A stretch of 63,077 nt of DNA, filler included, from an uncultured Methanosarcinales archaeon (GCA_964519225.1; 18 parts of 18 records of this genome joined end to end with filler, not necessarily neighbours in it); one strand, 5' to 3'. Positions 9,480 through 19,644 are shown, counted from the first letter of the whole stretch. Translations and numbers: made by a program. Notes: generated by a model from the sequence alone, not told the origin.

Positions 9480-9553
9480 GGGCCGGTAGTTCAACCTGGT
9501 AGAACGTCCGCTTGGCTAGCGGAAGGCTCCGGGTTCAAATCCCGGCCGGTCCA
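9480..9553 (+). tRNA. tRNA-Ala(GGC), archaeal type
   Basis: GGGCCGG/CCGGTCC acceptor stem with G3:U70, anticodon arm TCCGC-TT-GGC-TA-GCGGA, TTCAAAT T-loop, T-tract downstream. Confidence 0.95.
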
Positions 9554-9615
9554 TTTTTTCTTAAAATTTAAAAAGAGGATTTGTAAAATAGTTGAAGACG
9601 GGGTGGTATTGTCAA

Positions 9616-10191
9616 ATGTATCATAGCTATAAAGAAAAGAACGAAGAAGAAGAAACAAGTATGTTGGAAGAACTTGTAGGTACGCGCGGCACACACAGGA
9701 CTAAAGCAGAGAATGAAGCTAATCATGCTAAAAATCATTCTTTGGAAGAACGTTGTAATGGGTGTATATTCTGCGATATTGTTCAAGGAAAAATAGAGAG
9801 TTATCCTGTTTATGTGAATGATAATTATCTTGCTATTTTAAGCAACAGACATATAAAGGTTGGAAGAAGGGTTATACCTGTTATAGTGGTTATGAGCAAA
9901 AAGCACTATGGAAGCGATATTTCAAAGATTCCTAAGCGCGTTTGGAATGGACTGCAAGATGCAGCTTATAGAATAGCTAAAAAACTTTCTGAAAGAAAAG
10001 GAGTGAAACGCGTGTGCGTTGTTTATGAAGGTTTTGCAGTAGATCATGCGCATATTAAATTATTTGTTATTCCAAATGGAGTTAATTATAGAGGAGAACT
10101 CAATAAACGTAGGAAATATACAGCTGATTATACTTCGCGTAAGATGAGAGGAAGACAGAAAAGATTTCAGAAATTGCTAAAAATAGATTGA
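9616..10191 (+). CDS. HIT family nucleotide hydrolase
   Basis: CIFCDIVQG..ESYPVY and EGFAVDHAHIKL (HxHxK variant). Confidence 0.85.
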   Translation: MYHSYKEKNEEEETSMLEELVGTRGTHRTKAENEANHAKNHSLEERCNGCIFCDIVQGKIESYPVYVNDNYLAILSNRHIKVGRRVIPVIVVMSKKHYGSDISKIPKRVWNGLQDAAYRIAKKLSERKGVKRVCVVYEGFAVDHAHIKLFVIPNGVNYRGELNKRRKYTADYTSRKMRGRQKRFQKLLKID

Positions 10192-10211
10192 TTGAAAAAA
10201 AGTTAGAAAAG

Positions 10212-10403
10212 TTAGCGTGATTTTGATTTTCCTTTCTTTTCTTTTTTTGCTACGACAGCGCTGATTGCAAAGCCGAGAATCATTCCCCACATTGGAAGCA
10301 AGATGAAGAAGAATGGATTTCTGTATTGCCAATAGTTAAATGAAAAGAGTGAGATGAGCGTTCCGATGAAGCAACCGATTGCACCATAAATTTCTGATGA
10401 CAT
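10212..10403 (-). CDS. Small two-TM membrane protein
   Basis: Two hydrophobic helices and a basic tail; GGTGA RBS. Confidence 0.6.
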   Translation of the reverse strand: MSSEIYGAIGCFIGTLISLFSFNYWQYRNPFFFILLPMWGMILGFAISAVVAKKEKKGKSKSR

Positions 10404-10475
10404 TCACCAAACAGAAGAAGAAATGATATAAAAGCTTTACTAAGAATTTCTAGTTTTCGTTTATCTAAGCATTAT

Positions 10476-11210
10476 TTATCTAATCAAAAAACCAATTAGT
10501 AGAACGCATACTATTCCGAAAATAAAACTAAGAATACATATCCTTGGATATTTTTTTATCTGAGCCGATGGAATTAATTCTTCTATTGAAATATAACTCA
10601 TAAATCCTGCTGCAAGTGCAAGCGATGCTGCGATTAAACCCAGGGTTGTATTTTTCAGTAAGCAGTAACCCAAAATGAAACCAAACACTTCGAACAGCAC
10701 TGTTCCTGCGGTTATAATAAAAGATTTTAGTCTATTTTTAGTGAGTCCATATACTGGAACAATTACTGCAATATTTTCTGGTAGATCCTGAGCTGCAATA
10801 CCTAAAGCAATTATAATCCCGAGCATTGACGACCTAGCAAATCCAGCACCAATTGCAAGTCCTTCTGGTAGATTATGCAAAGCCATACCAATAACGAGCA
10901 TGGCAATGCTTTTTTTGATTGATGGTTTCTCTTTTTTCATTAGTTCTGGATTTATATGAGGTAAGATTTTGTCAATGATCCAAAAGATGACTGTTCCGAA
11001 AATAAAGAATGCGGTTGCGAAATAAATTGACGACATTTTTATACTTTCTGGCATTAGTTGAAAAAAAGATATGCTAAGCATCACTGAAGCAGCAAATGCT
11101 AAAGAACCATGCAAAATGCTTTTTCTTGGTTTTTTAATCAATCCAATGATCGAACCTAAAGTTTGCCCGATGAAAATCAGAAAGACTATAAGGAATAAAT
11201 TGTTGTTCAT
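10476..11210 (-). CDS. ZIP family zinc/metal transporter
   Basis: HNLPEGLAIG motif and multi-TM topology. Confidence 0.93.
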   Translation of the reverse strand: MNNNLFLIVFLIFIGQTLGSIIGLIKKPRKSILHGSLAFAASVMLSISFFQLMPESIKMSSIYFATAFFIFGTVIFWIIDKILPHINPELMKKEKPSIKKSIAMLVIGMALHNLPEGLAIGAGFARSSMLGIIIALGIAAQDLPENIAVIVPVYGLTKNRLKSFIITAGTVLFEVFGFILGYCLLKNTTLGLIAASLALAAGFMSYISIEELIPSAQIKKYPRICILSFIFGIVCVLLIGFLIR

Positions 11211-11238
11211 TTTGTATCAAAAACGAAAATCGATTTTT

Positions 11239-12090
11239 TTATTTAATTTCAATGATTTTTCCTACTCCGTATTCAATAAAATCATCCTTGTACTCTTTTT
11301 TAAATGCGTTCCTTACTGCATCTCCAGTACAATGGGATGGCGCAACTTTTTTAACATTCAGTTTTCTAAATTCTTTGACGCAAGAAACAGGGGGGTGATG
11401 AAATCCTCCTAAAACCAAGTATACTTTATCTTTTTTCATTAATTCTTTAGCTTTCTTGATGATATTAACAATTCCAGGATGAGCACAGCCTGTAATTACT
11501 ATTAATCCTTTTTTTGAATCGATGATCAGGGATTGCTCTTCTGGAGGCCCGTAAAGCTCTCCGGTTGTATAGATAAAATCAGAAATTTTTTTAGATTTTG
11601 AAATGTTAATAACTTCTGCTTTATAACGTTTTATCATTTCTCTTATCGAGTTTGGAAAAGAGGAAGGGATATAAACTTTAACGTTTGGATTTTCCTTCAA
11701 AAAGCCTTCTAATCCACCCATGTGATCGCCATGGATATGAGAGATTACCACCTCTTTAATTGATTTAGGATTGATTCCGAGTTTTTTCATATTATAAAGC
11801 AGAATTTCTGAATCTCCTCCTGTATCAAATAGTATTGTTTCTTTTGGAGTTCTTACTACAGTGCCGAAGCCCCAATCGGTTTTAAGTTCAGGATTTACCT
11901 GATAGTTATCATAAACAGAAATTAAGGCTATTTCTGGTTTTTCTTCCTCTTCTTTTTCTACGTTAATAGAAATTTCTGATTCTTGTTGTGTTGGTAATGC
12001 TGCTCTCTTCTTGGTCTGAAACAAGAACCAACAACTGCCAGCTCCTGCTAAAATTAAAATCCAGATTAAGATTAAGATTTTAAGACGCAT
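11239..12090 (-). CDS. MBL-fold metallo-hydrolase (COG1237-like) with N-terminal anchor
   Basis: DWGF, LFDTG, SHIHGDHMGG, GCAHPG, GGFH, PSHCTG. Confidence 0.9.
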   Translation of the reverse strand: MRLKILILIWILILAGAGSCWFLFQTKKRAALPTQQESEISINVEKEEEEKPEIALISVYDNYQVNPELKTDWGFGTVVRTPKETILFDTGGDSEILLYNMKKLGINPKSIKEVVISHIHGDHMGGLEGFLKENPNVKVYIPSSFPNSIREMIKRYKAEVINISKSKKISDFIYTTGELYGPPEEQSLIIDSKKGLIVITGCAHPGIVNIIKKAKELMKKDKVYLVLGGFHHPPVSCVKEFRKLNVKKVAPSHCTGDAVRNAFKKEYKDDFIEYGVGKIIEIK

Positions 12091-12099
12091 TGCGAATTT

Positions 12100-12612
12100 T
12101 TATTCTGTTTTTTCTTCTTTTTTCTCTTCTTTTTCTTTCTTTTCTTTCTTTTGTGTTTTTTCTTCTGTTGTTGTTTCTTCTTTTTTCTGCTCTTCTGCGC
12201 CTTTTTCTTTTTCTTTTGGTTTGGCTTTTTCTTCTGCCGGCTTTGGTTCTTCGATTATTGGTTTTGACCCATGCTTAATGATTTTAACATTCACCTGAAC
12301 AATTTTATCATGAATTGTTTCACCACAGACCGTTTTTCTGAATTTTGTTCCTTTCTTTGTTTTTCTTATGCCAACGCCTTTTTCTATCAGAATTTTTTTT
12401 CTTGTTCCAGAAACACCTTTCTTCATAGGAAAGCCGCAGTAATCGCTGCCGCCGGTTATTTCAAATTCATAGCCGGGAAAGCCAAGAGGTTCACCGCTTA
12501 CTTTATCGCCTATTTTTTTACCTATGAGAAAAGCCGATTGTTCTGCTGTGAGTGCAACTTGCTTGCATCTGGCTGTTTTTGGATCACCTATGTTAAGCTT
12601 GAATTCTGGCAT
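12100..12612 (-). CDS. rps6e: 30S ribosomal protein S6e with K/E-rich tail
   Basis: FKLNIGDP, GYEFEITGGSD..GFPM, IVQVN. Confidence 0.95.
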   Translation of the reverse strand: MPEFKLNIGDPKTARCKQVALTAEQSAFLIGKKIGDKVSGEPLGFPGYEFEITGGSDYCGFPMKKGVSGTRKKILIEKGVGIRKTKKGTKFRKTVCGETIHDKIVQVNVKIIKHGSKPIIEEPKPAEEKAKPKEKEKGAEEQKKEETTTEEKTQKKEKKEKEEKKEEKTE

Positions 12613-12758
12613 TTTCTGGAAGATGAATGTAATGAATTTATAAATTTAGCGATTCGATNNNNNNNNNNNNNNNNNNNNNNNNNNNNNNNNNNNNNNNNNN
12701 NNTTAATTAATTAANNNNNNNNNNNNNNNNNNNNNNNNNNNNNNNNNNNNNNNNNNNN

Positions 12759-13699
12759 TCGATAGCTTCACTTGTTAGTTTTGTTGGGGTTGGGTCTATT
12801 TTGTTCATCAGAGCTAGATAGTATGAGATATAATCACAAACATAAGCTGTTCTTAATAATTTGCCAAAGAGGTTTTTGCCTTTCATATCGATCTGAACAA
12901 TATTGATTTTTCTTTTTAGGATGTGATGCAAGACATTTATTGCTTTTTTCAGATTGGGATTGTAATCTCGGTCGTAGATGATGACTATAGCATATCTATT
13001 AGGATTCTTTTTCAGTCCTTCGATTTCGTTGTGCAGAGCATCGGGCAGTGCGTTTGCAAATGCTCCCTGTTTTGCGTTTTTGTTTATCATTTCTTTTAGA
13101 CGATAGGCTAAACCAAATAAACTGTTTGATGCATAAATCAAAGGAATTTTGTTTTTGAGCTTTTTTGCTATCATAAATCCTTCTTTGCTGCAGTATCTTT
13201 GATCAAGAGCAGAAATGTTTTCTTTGATTTGCTGTGCTGGAATAAACTTAAACTTTTGAAGTATGTAAACTATCGATATAAACAGCAATGGAAATGCTAG
13301 CCTTGGCAGAATGCCTTTTGGTAAAAGTATTGCGTTTTTCTCTCGTTGAGCTAATTTTTCATTCGAAGTAATTACGATTATCTGGAGTTTCTTTCTTCGA
13401 GCTTCCTTATAAAGAAGTTGGACAGGGAGTGTTTGTGCAGAGTAGGTAAGAATAATAATAAGACTATTCTTACTGGCTAATGCTGGAAGCTTAAATCCGC
13501 GTACTGGAACAATAGGAATTGCTTTTTGGAAGGCTGAGACTATTTTCGCAACAGCATAACTAGTGCCAACGCCACATATGAAAACTTTATTTATTTTTCC
13601 TTTGAGCTTGAATCTCGTTTTCTTTGCTATTTGTAATGCTTCTTGACATCTGGAAGGAAATTTTTCTAGTTCACCCAGCATATTTTCCTTGTCAATCAT
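12759..13699 (-). CDS. Bifunctional phosphoglucose/phosphomannose isomerase-like SIS protein (divergent, 3' partial)
   Basis: PRLAFP, KIPLIY, INKNAK, HNEIEG, DYISYYLA..IDPTP. Confidence 0.8.
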
Positions 13700-13797
13700 T
13701 TCAAGAATCCAAGAAGATTTTGATTTAAATATGTTTGTTTTCCCTTAAAGATAAGGACACAGAAACATTTATAAATAAGTCGGTTAAATTTCAAAAC

Positions 13798-14379
13798 ATG
13801 CATTTTTATAAGTTTATTGCAAAGCTATGGAAAAGGCCTAAAGAGAATTTGGGCGAGTTATGGCGAGAACGTCTAATTCAGTGGCGAAAAGAGCCAACCA
13901 CCGTTAGATTGAAGAAACCAACAAGATTGGATAGGGCAAGAGCATTAGGCTATAAAGCGAAGCAGGGTTATATTATTGTTAGACAAAGGGTTCCTAAAGG
14001 AGGTCGACAAAGAGAAAAGATTCGAGCAGGAAGGCGGCCGAAACATTTCAGGCGAAAGAAAATTCTTGCTTTGAATTATCAGGTTGTTGCTGAGCAAAGA
14101 GCTGCAAGAAAATATCCGAATTGCGAGGTTCTTAATTCTTATTGGGTAGGTGAGGATGGAAAGCATGTTTGGTACGAGGTTATTTTGGTTGATAAGAACC
14201 ATCCCTCAATACTTTCTGATAAAAGAATAAGTTGGATTGCTGAACCGCAACACAAAGGAAGAGTTTTCAGAGGGTTGACTAGCGCAGGGAAAAAGAGCAG
14301 AGGATTAAGAAGAAAAGGCATTGGTGCGGAAAAAGTCAGGCCGAGTTTAAGAGCGCATAGACGAAGAGGAACGAATTAA
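13798..14379 (+). CDS. rpl15e: 50S ribosomal protein L15e
   Basis: [38 protein letters not shown]. Confidence 0.97.
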   Translation: MHFYKFIAKLWKRPKENLGELWRERLIQWRKEPTTVRLKKPTRLDRARALGYKAKQGYIIVRQRVPKGGRQREKIRAGRRPKHFRRKKILALNYQVVAEQRAARKYPNCEVLNSYWVGEDGKHVWYEVILVDKNHPSILSDKRISWIAEPQHKGRVFRGLTSAGKKSRGLRRKGIGAEKVRPSLRAHRRRGTN

Positions 14380-14396
14380 ATTTTTTGTTGAACCTT

Positions 14397-14687
14397 TTAG
14401 CCTATAACAGAACTAAGATATGGAAATTGATCTTGTGGGTCTATTCCGGTCTCTTCGGTATACTGTTTTAATGCATCAGTTAATGTCTGTTCCATATAAA
14501 TCAAAGGATCGCCTTTTTCTTCTACGATCACTTCTCCATTTATAATTACACTAAAACTTTTATTGGTGCGGTTTGGCGTAGCTGGCTGCGAAGATACTTC
14601 TTCTTGTAAAAGATTGTTAATCTTTTCTAACTTTGATTTTAATTCCTCACGGTCAAAACTTTCTTCACCTAAGATCCACTCAATCAT
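14397..14687 (-). CDS. Hypothetical protein
   Basis: 96-aa acidic ORF, no motif. Confidence 0.5.
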   Translation of the reverse strand: MIEWILGEESFDREELKSKLEKINNLLQEEVSSQPATPNRTNKSFSVIINGEVIVEEKGDPLIYMEQTLTDALKQYTEETGIDPQDQFPYLSSVIG

Positions 14688-14763
14688 ACTTCGGTGCGGA
14701 TTGCTTGTTTTTTTAAATATTTTGATTTTCTCCGATGGAAAGAGAAAAAAAGAAAAGAAACAA

Positions 14764-15072
14764 TTATTGAAAAGAGTTAAGGATCTTCTTCAGGACAGCA
14801 TCTGTGCAGACGAAGAGGTTGAAGTCTGTTGATTCTGCTGTTATAGCTTGACCGTTGTCCATCAATTTTGCGTGAATCTCAAATTTCTTGTCGTGGATTT
14901 TTTTCAGTCGCAAATAAAGCTTTTCAAAGTTAGTTGCTGCAGTTTCCATTTTACTTACATGATTCCCAATTATTTTCTTTAGAATAGTCATGCTTTGCCT
15001 GTCAATGTCACTAAAGCCAGAAAGCTCTATTTTGTTTCCAAGCTGTATTGTTTCGCTCATTTCATTTTCCAA
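14764..15072 (-). CDS. Hypothetical protein, possible HPF/RaiA (S30AE)-like fold
   Basis: Predicted beta-alpha-beta-beta-beta-alpha pattern ending AESTDFNLFVCTDAVLKKI. Confidence 0.55.
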   Translation of the reverse strand: MENEMSETIQLGNKIELSGFSDIDRQSMTILKKIIGNHVSKMETAATNFEKLYLRLKKIHDKKFEIHAKLMDNGQAITAESTDFNLFVCTDAVLKKILNSFQ

Positions 15073-15161
15073 AGAAGATTAATTATTATTTAAAGATTTG
15101 GTTGAGATTTGATTTCGATTTAGTAGAAAGCTTTTTAATGCCTAATTTTTAACTAGCTTCT

Positions 15162-16004
15162 ATGCAGATTATAGCCAGAGTTGAAGAAACAATCAAAGAA
15201 TGGAAGCTTCTTTCAAAGAAAGATAGGATTTTGGTAGCTGTAAGTGGAGGAAAAGATAGCGCTGGTGTTTTGTATATTTTAAAGAAGCTTGGTTATAAAG
15301 TAGAAGCATTGCATTTACAGCTTGGTGTTGGGGCTTGGTCAGAAAAATGCTTAGAAGCTGTGCAAGAGCTATGCAAAAAACTTGATGTAAAACTTCATAT
15401 TTTCGATATTAAAAAGACCTTTGGCACATCGATGTGTTATTTAAGAAGCGTTGTTCAAAGCAAACAGAAACTCAGGAACTGTCATGTTTGCGGTGTTTTG
15501 AAAAGACAACTGATTAATAAGCTTGCAAGAAAACTCAAGGCTACAAAGCTCGTTACAGGGCACAATCTTGATGATGAGGCCCAAACAATTTTAATGAATT
15601 TTCTGCTTGGAAATCTTGAAGTAGCAAAAAGAATTGGCCCGATCAGCGGATTGATCAAAGATAAGAAATTCGTTCCAAGGGTTAAACCATTGTATTTTTG
15701 TCCTGAAAAAGACATTCTTAAGTTTGCATTAGCTGAAAAGCTTCCTTTTGTAAAAGAAGCGTGTCCTTGCTCGGTTGATGCTTTCAGAAGAAAAGTGAAG
15801 GGCTGGCTTGACCATTTTAGCGATGAGACAAAATTAAAATTTGTTAGAAACTTTCTTAAAAAAATTAAACCAAAGCTAGAAAAAAGGGATTTTGAATTGA
15901 GATACTGTAAGCTATGTAAGGAGCCTACTGCAAAGGAGATATGCAAAGTTTGTTCGTTATTTAAGGATGTATTTGATAAAGTTGAAAAATGTGTTGTTGT
16001 GTAG
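15162..16004 (+). CDS. TtuA/Ncs6-family tRNA 2-thiolation protein (TIGR00269-like)
   Basis: PP-loop SGGKDS, CHVC, TGHNLDDEAQ, CPC, C-terminal CxxC..CxxC. Confidence 0.92.
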   Translation: MQIIARVEETIKEWKLLSKKDRILVAVSGGKDSAGVLYILKKLGYKVEALHLQLGVGAWSEKCLEAVQELCKKLDVKLHIFDIKKTFGTSMCYLRSVVQSKQKLRNCHVCGVLKRQLINKLARKLKATKLVTGHNLDDEAQTILMNFLLGNLEVAKRIGPISGLIKDKKFVPRVKPLYFCPEKDILKFALAEKLPFVKEACPCSVDAFRRKVKGWLDHFSDETKLKFVRNFLKKIKPKLEKRDFELRYCKLCKEPTAKEICKVCSLFKDVFDKVEKCVVV

Positions 16005-16033
16005 AAAGATTTTTATATATAATTGTATCATAA

Positions 16034-16609
16034 ATGATACATATGTATCAAAAATGCTACAAGATTTTAGAGTTGTATCTTAAGAATTTCAAGGAGAAAT
16101 ATTATTTAAGAGAAATTGCTAATTTAGCTGACTTGCCTATAAGAACAACACAACGTATTCTACGTGATCTTGAAAGTGAAGGTATAATTAAAGCTGAGAG
16201 AGTTGGGAAAAACAAATATTTCTTTTTAAACATGCTGGAGGTAAAAACAAAGATTCTTTTGACAGTGGCTGAACTGTATAGGACTTTAGATTTCGTAATC
16301 AAATATCCAGCCATTAAAATGTTTCTCAAAGAACAAATAGATCAGTGTTTGGTTGTTTTTGGTTCTTTTGCAAAATTCAAAGCTACTAAAACAAGCGATT
16401 TTGATTTGCTCATAATTGGAGATTCAAAGAGAGAACTTCCACTCTACTTAATCCCATATAAAGTACATCAAATAAAATTAAGGAAAAAAGATTTTGAACG
16501 ATTTATTAGGAAAGAGACTCTAGGAAAAGAAATACTAAAAAACCACTTGGTATTAACTAAACATTCTTATTTCGTAGATATGTTATGGCAGTACTATGAA
16601 AAAACTTAG
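16034..16609 (+). CDS. wHTH + minimal nucleotidyltransferase (MNT antitoxin)
   Basis: YLREIA HTH; VFGSFAK...SDFDLL. Confidence 0.88.
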   Translation: MIHMYQKCYKILELYLKNFKEKYYLREIANLADLPIRTTQRILRDLESEGIIKAERVGKNKYFFLNMLEVKTKILLTVAELYRTLDFVIKYPAIKMFLKEQIDQCLVVFGSFAKFKATKTSDFDLLIIGDSKRELPLYLIPYKVHQIKLRKKDFERFIRKETLGKEILKNHLVLTKHSYFVDMLWQYYEKT

Positions 16610-17066
16610 ATGGTGTACGAAAATAAAAGAAGGAATAAAATTGACAGAGCCGAACGAAACCATCAGTAGTTCTTATCTAAATTTAGCGAAATCGAGTCTA
16701 AGAAGAGCGGAAGTGATGTTAAAAGAAAATGATCTATTATGGAGCACGGTTATGCTTTATTATGCGGAATACTATGCGCTATATGCATTTTTAGTGAGAA
16801 TTGGTGTAAAGTGTGAAAATCACTCTTGTTCCATTCTTCTCGTAAAACATTTACTTGGCGCAGATAAAATTGCAACAATAGAAGCACATAAAGAAAGAAG
16901 AATAGACGCTCAATATTATTTGAAGATAAGCTCTGGGGAAGAAATTAGAAAAATGTTTCAAGAAGCTAAATTTTTTATTTCATTTTTCGATGACTTGATT
17001 TCACAAATCGGCCAAACTAAACTTACCTCATTTAGAAACAAAATCTTTGCTTTAAAACATAATTGA
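16596..17066 (+). CDS. HEPN domain protein (toxin partner)
   Basis: YYAEYYALYAFL...GVKCENH...RIDAQYY; overlaps the MNT gene. Confidence 0.85.
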   Translation: MKKLRWCTKIKEGIKLTEPNETISSSYLNLAKSSLRRAEVMLKENDLLWSTVMLYYAEYYALYAFLVRIGVKCENHSCSILLVKHLLGADKIATIEAHKERRIDAQYYLKISSGEEIRKMFQEAKFFISFFDDLISQIGQTKLTSFRNKIFALKHN

Positions 17067-17069
17067 AAA

Positions 17070-18233
17070 ATGTACGATTGCATAATTATCCATTACAGCG
17101 AAATAGGTATTAAAGGAAAGAATAGAGTTATGTTTGAAAATAGATTGAAAAGAAATTTAAGCGTGGCTTTAGGAAATAGAGCAAGGATATATAAGCGATA
17201 TGGAAGATTAGTTTGTGATTTATTAACGAAAGAAGAAAAAGAAATCGAAGAGATTAAGTCTTTACTGAAAATTACTCCGGGCGTTGCAAATTTTGGGTTT
17301 GCTAAAAGAGCCCGACTTGAGTTTGAGGACATAAAACAGGTTGTTTTTTCTCTGCTTAAGAAAAGAAGGTTTGGTTCGTTTAAGGTTTTAACAAAGAGGA
17401 GCTATAAGGAATTCCCAATGACCTCTCTCGAGATAAATAAGGCGTTGGGAGAAGAGATTGCAGCAAAACTTGGAAAGCGGATTGAACTAAAGAATCCGGA
17501 ATTAACGATTTATGTGGAAATTTGTGAAAAGGAATCCTTTGTTTACCTAGATAAACTCAAAGGCGTTGGCGGTTTGCCTGTCGGCTGTGGCGGAAAGGTT
17601 GTTTGTTTGCTTAGCGGCGGTATTGATTCGCCGACGGCAGCTTTTTTAATGATGAAAAGAGGCTGTCCTGTCGTACTTATTCATTTTTTCAATAGAACAA
17701 TTAACACACGACAAGCTTTGAAAAAAGTGGAAGATATTGCAAATGTTTTGGCAAGCGTTCAGATAAGAGGCAAATTGTATTTGGTTCCTTTCTATAAGCT
17801 GCAGGCAGAAATCATTAAGATTGTTCCAGCAAAATATAGAATGATAATATATAGACGTTTAATGATGGAGATCGCCAACAAAATCGCTGAAAACGAAAAA
17901 GCGCAAGCAATTGTTACTGGAGATAGCATCGGACAAGTTGCTTCACAAACATTAGAAAATTTACGATGTATTTATACAGTTGCTGAATATCCTGTTTTTG
18001 CACCCCTTATAGGAATGAATAAAGAAGAGATTGTTGATCTCGCTAAAACAATTGGAACATACGAAATTTCTATAAGACCGTATCAGGATTGTTGTTCATT
18101 TATGATAGCAGAACATCCTGCAACGAAAATGCCGCTAAAACTCGCTGACGAGATAGAAAGGAATATAAAAGATAAAGGAGAGTTAATTTTAGATGCTGTT
18201 GAAAATGCTGAAGTCAAGGAATACAAAATATAA
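17070..18233 (+). CDS. thiI: tRNA 4-thiouridine synthase
   Basis: YSEIGIKGKNR, THUMP domain, GGLPVG, LLSGGIDSP, GQVASQT, DCC. Confidence 0.96.
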   Translation: MYDCIIIHYSEIGIKGKNRVMFENRLKRNLSVALGNRARIYKRYGRLVCDLLTKEEKEIEEIKSLLKITPGVANFGFAKRARLEFEDIKQVVFSLLKKRRFGSFKVLTKRSYKEFPMTSLEINKALGEEIAAKLGKRIELKNPELTIYVEICEKESFVYLDKLKGVGGLPVGCGGKVVCLLSGGIDSPTAAFLMMKRGCPVVLIHFFNRTINTRQALKKVEDIANVLASVQIRGKLYLVPFYKLQAEIIKIVPAKYRMIIYRRLMMEIANKIAENEKAQAIVTGDSIGQVASQTLENLRCIYTVAEYPVFAPLIGMNKEEIVDLAKTIGTYEISIRPYQDCCSFMIAEHPATKMPLKLADEIERNIKDKGELILDAVENAEVKEYKI

Positions 18234-18567
18234 GCTTGCTGTGTTAGTGAGGCAAGACTTGAAATTACCAAAAGGAAAACTTGCTGTTCAAGTTGCTCAT
18301 GCTGCTGTTGAGGCTGCATTGAAATGCAATAAGAAAATTTTGAATGCATGGCGAAAGCAAGGCGGAAAGAAAGTCGTGCTGAAAGTTAGGGATATGAGGG
18401 AATTGATGTATTATAAAGAAAAGGCGAGAAAAAAACGGTTGAAGACTATTCTGATTAGTGATGCGGGTCTAACTGTTCTACCGAAGGGAACCATAACATG
18501 TTTAGCTATTGGACCTGCTGATGAGAAAAAGATTGATGAGGTTAGTGGTGAGTTAAAGCTTGTTTAA
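18193..18567 (+). CDS. pth2: Peptidyl-tRNA hydrolase 2 (start approximate)
   Basis: VRQDLKLPKGKLAVQVAHAA, KKVVLK, DAGLT, LAIGP. Confidence 0.95.
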   Translation: MLLKMLKSRNTKYKLAVLVRQDLKLPKGKLAVQVAHAAVEAALKCNKKILNAWRKQGGKKVVLKVRDMRELMYYKEKARKKRLKTILISDAGLTVLPKGTITCLAIGPADEKKIDEVSGELKLV

Positions 18568-18608
18568 AGCCAAAATTTTTTAAATTTCTTTGTTAGCTTA
18601 ACGATAAT

Positions 18609-18661
18609 GGGCCCATAGCTTAGCCTGGAAGAGCACCCGGCTCTTAACCGGGGGGTCGGGG
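18609..18661 (+). tRNA. tRNA-Lys(CTT), truncated by the contig end
   Basis: GGGCCCATAGCTTAGCCTGG..GAGC, anticodon arm CCCGG-CT-CTT-AA-CCGGG. Confidence 0.88.
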
Positions 18662-18761
18662 NNNNNNNNNNNNNNNNNNNNNNNNNNNNNNNNNNNNNNN
18701 NNNNNTTAATTAATTAANNNNNNNNNNNNNNNNNNNNNNNNNNNNNNNNNNNNNNNNNNNN

Positions 18762-19426
18762 ATCTTCCATCCAGGAACGCACGGCGTAAAAACCTGAATA
18801 TAAGCAGGACCTTTAAAATCCAAACCCTTCTTAACTTTAGCATACAAATCCTGCGGAAAACCAACGCTTGCAGTCGCGACATAGCAATTCCCATGCATAG
18901 CAACTATTAACGGCATTGGTTTTTTCCATCTCTCATCACCATGTTTTATCTTTCCTACTGGAGTTGTCGTTGTCCATGCATACTTCGGCGTTGCACCGCT
19001 TCTCTGTATTCCTGTATTTTCATAAGCTCCGTTATCATAACAAACATAACAAACATCATGGCCTCTTTCGATCATTCCGCTCAGTGCCTGAAAACCGATA
19101 TCAAAAGTTCCTCCATCGCCGGCTATAGCCAAAACCTTCTCTCGCCTTCCTTGCCTTTTTAAAGCTTCAGAAATACCGCTTGCAACCGCACCAGCATTTT
19201 CAAAAGCAACATGAATATAAGGCACCCTCCAGGCAGTAAGCGGATAAGGAGTACTAACAACCTCTATGCAACCGGTAGCATTCACAACAATAACATTTCT
19301 ACCCGCAGCTTTCAGAATATGCCTCATAGCAATGGCAGCTCCGCAACCTGCACATGCCCTATGTCCCGAAGCAAAGAGTTCTTCTTCAGGCAAGCCCTGT
19401 ATCATTTCAGCATCTCCTCCAAACAA
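18762..19426 (-). CDS. porB: Pyruvate/2-oxoacid:ferredoxin oxidoreductase beta subunit (3' partial)
   Basis: GHRACAGCG, AGDGGTFDIG, YDNGAYENTG, PCVPGW. Confidence 0.93.
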
Positions 19427-19644
19427 AAATCATCATGACTACTTCCGCAAAAATCTACTCTTTTAGTTAACAACCTCCCGCACCCTTTACACCTAACAAC
19501 CTTATAATGAAACCCTTTTTCAAAATGCGATTCAATCTCAATCTCATCCGCATCTTCTAAACAGCTATTACAGTAAGTGCAAGCAATTCCTTTTCCATTT
19601 TGATGAACATCGCTTACCGCAAAATGCATTCTCATTTTAACCAT
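19402..19644 (-). CDS. Small zinc-ribbon protein between porA and porB
   Basis: CxxC...CxxC; overlaps both neighbours. Confidence 0.65.
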   Translation of the reverse strand: MVKMRMHFAVSDVHQNGKGIACTYCNSCLEDADEIEIESHFEKGFHYKVVRCKGCGRLLTKRVDFCGSSHDDFCLEEMLK

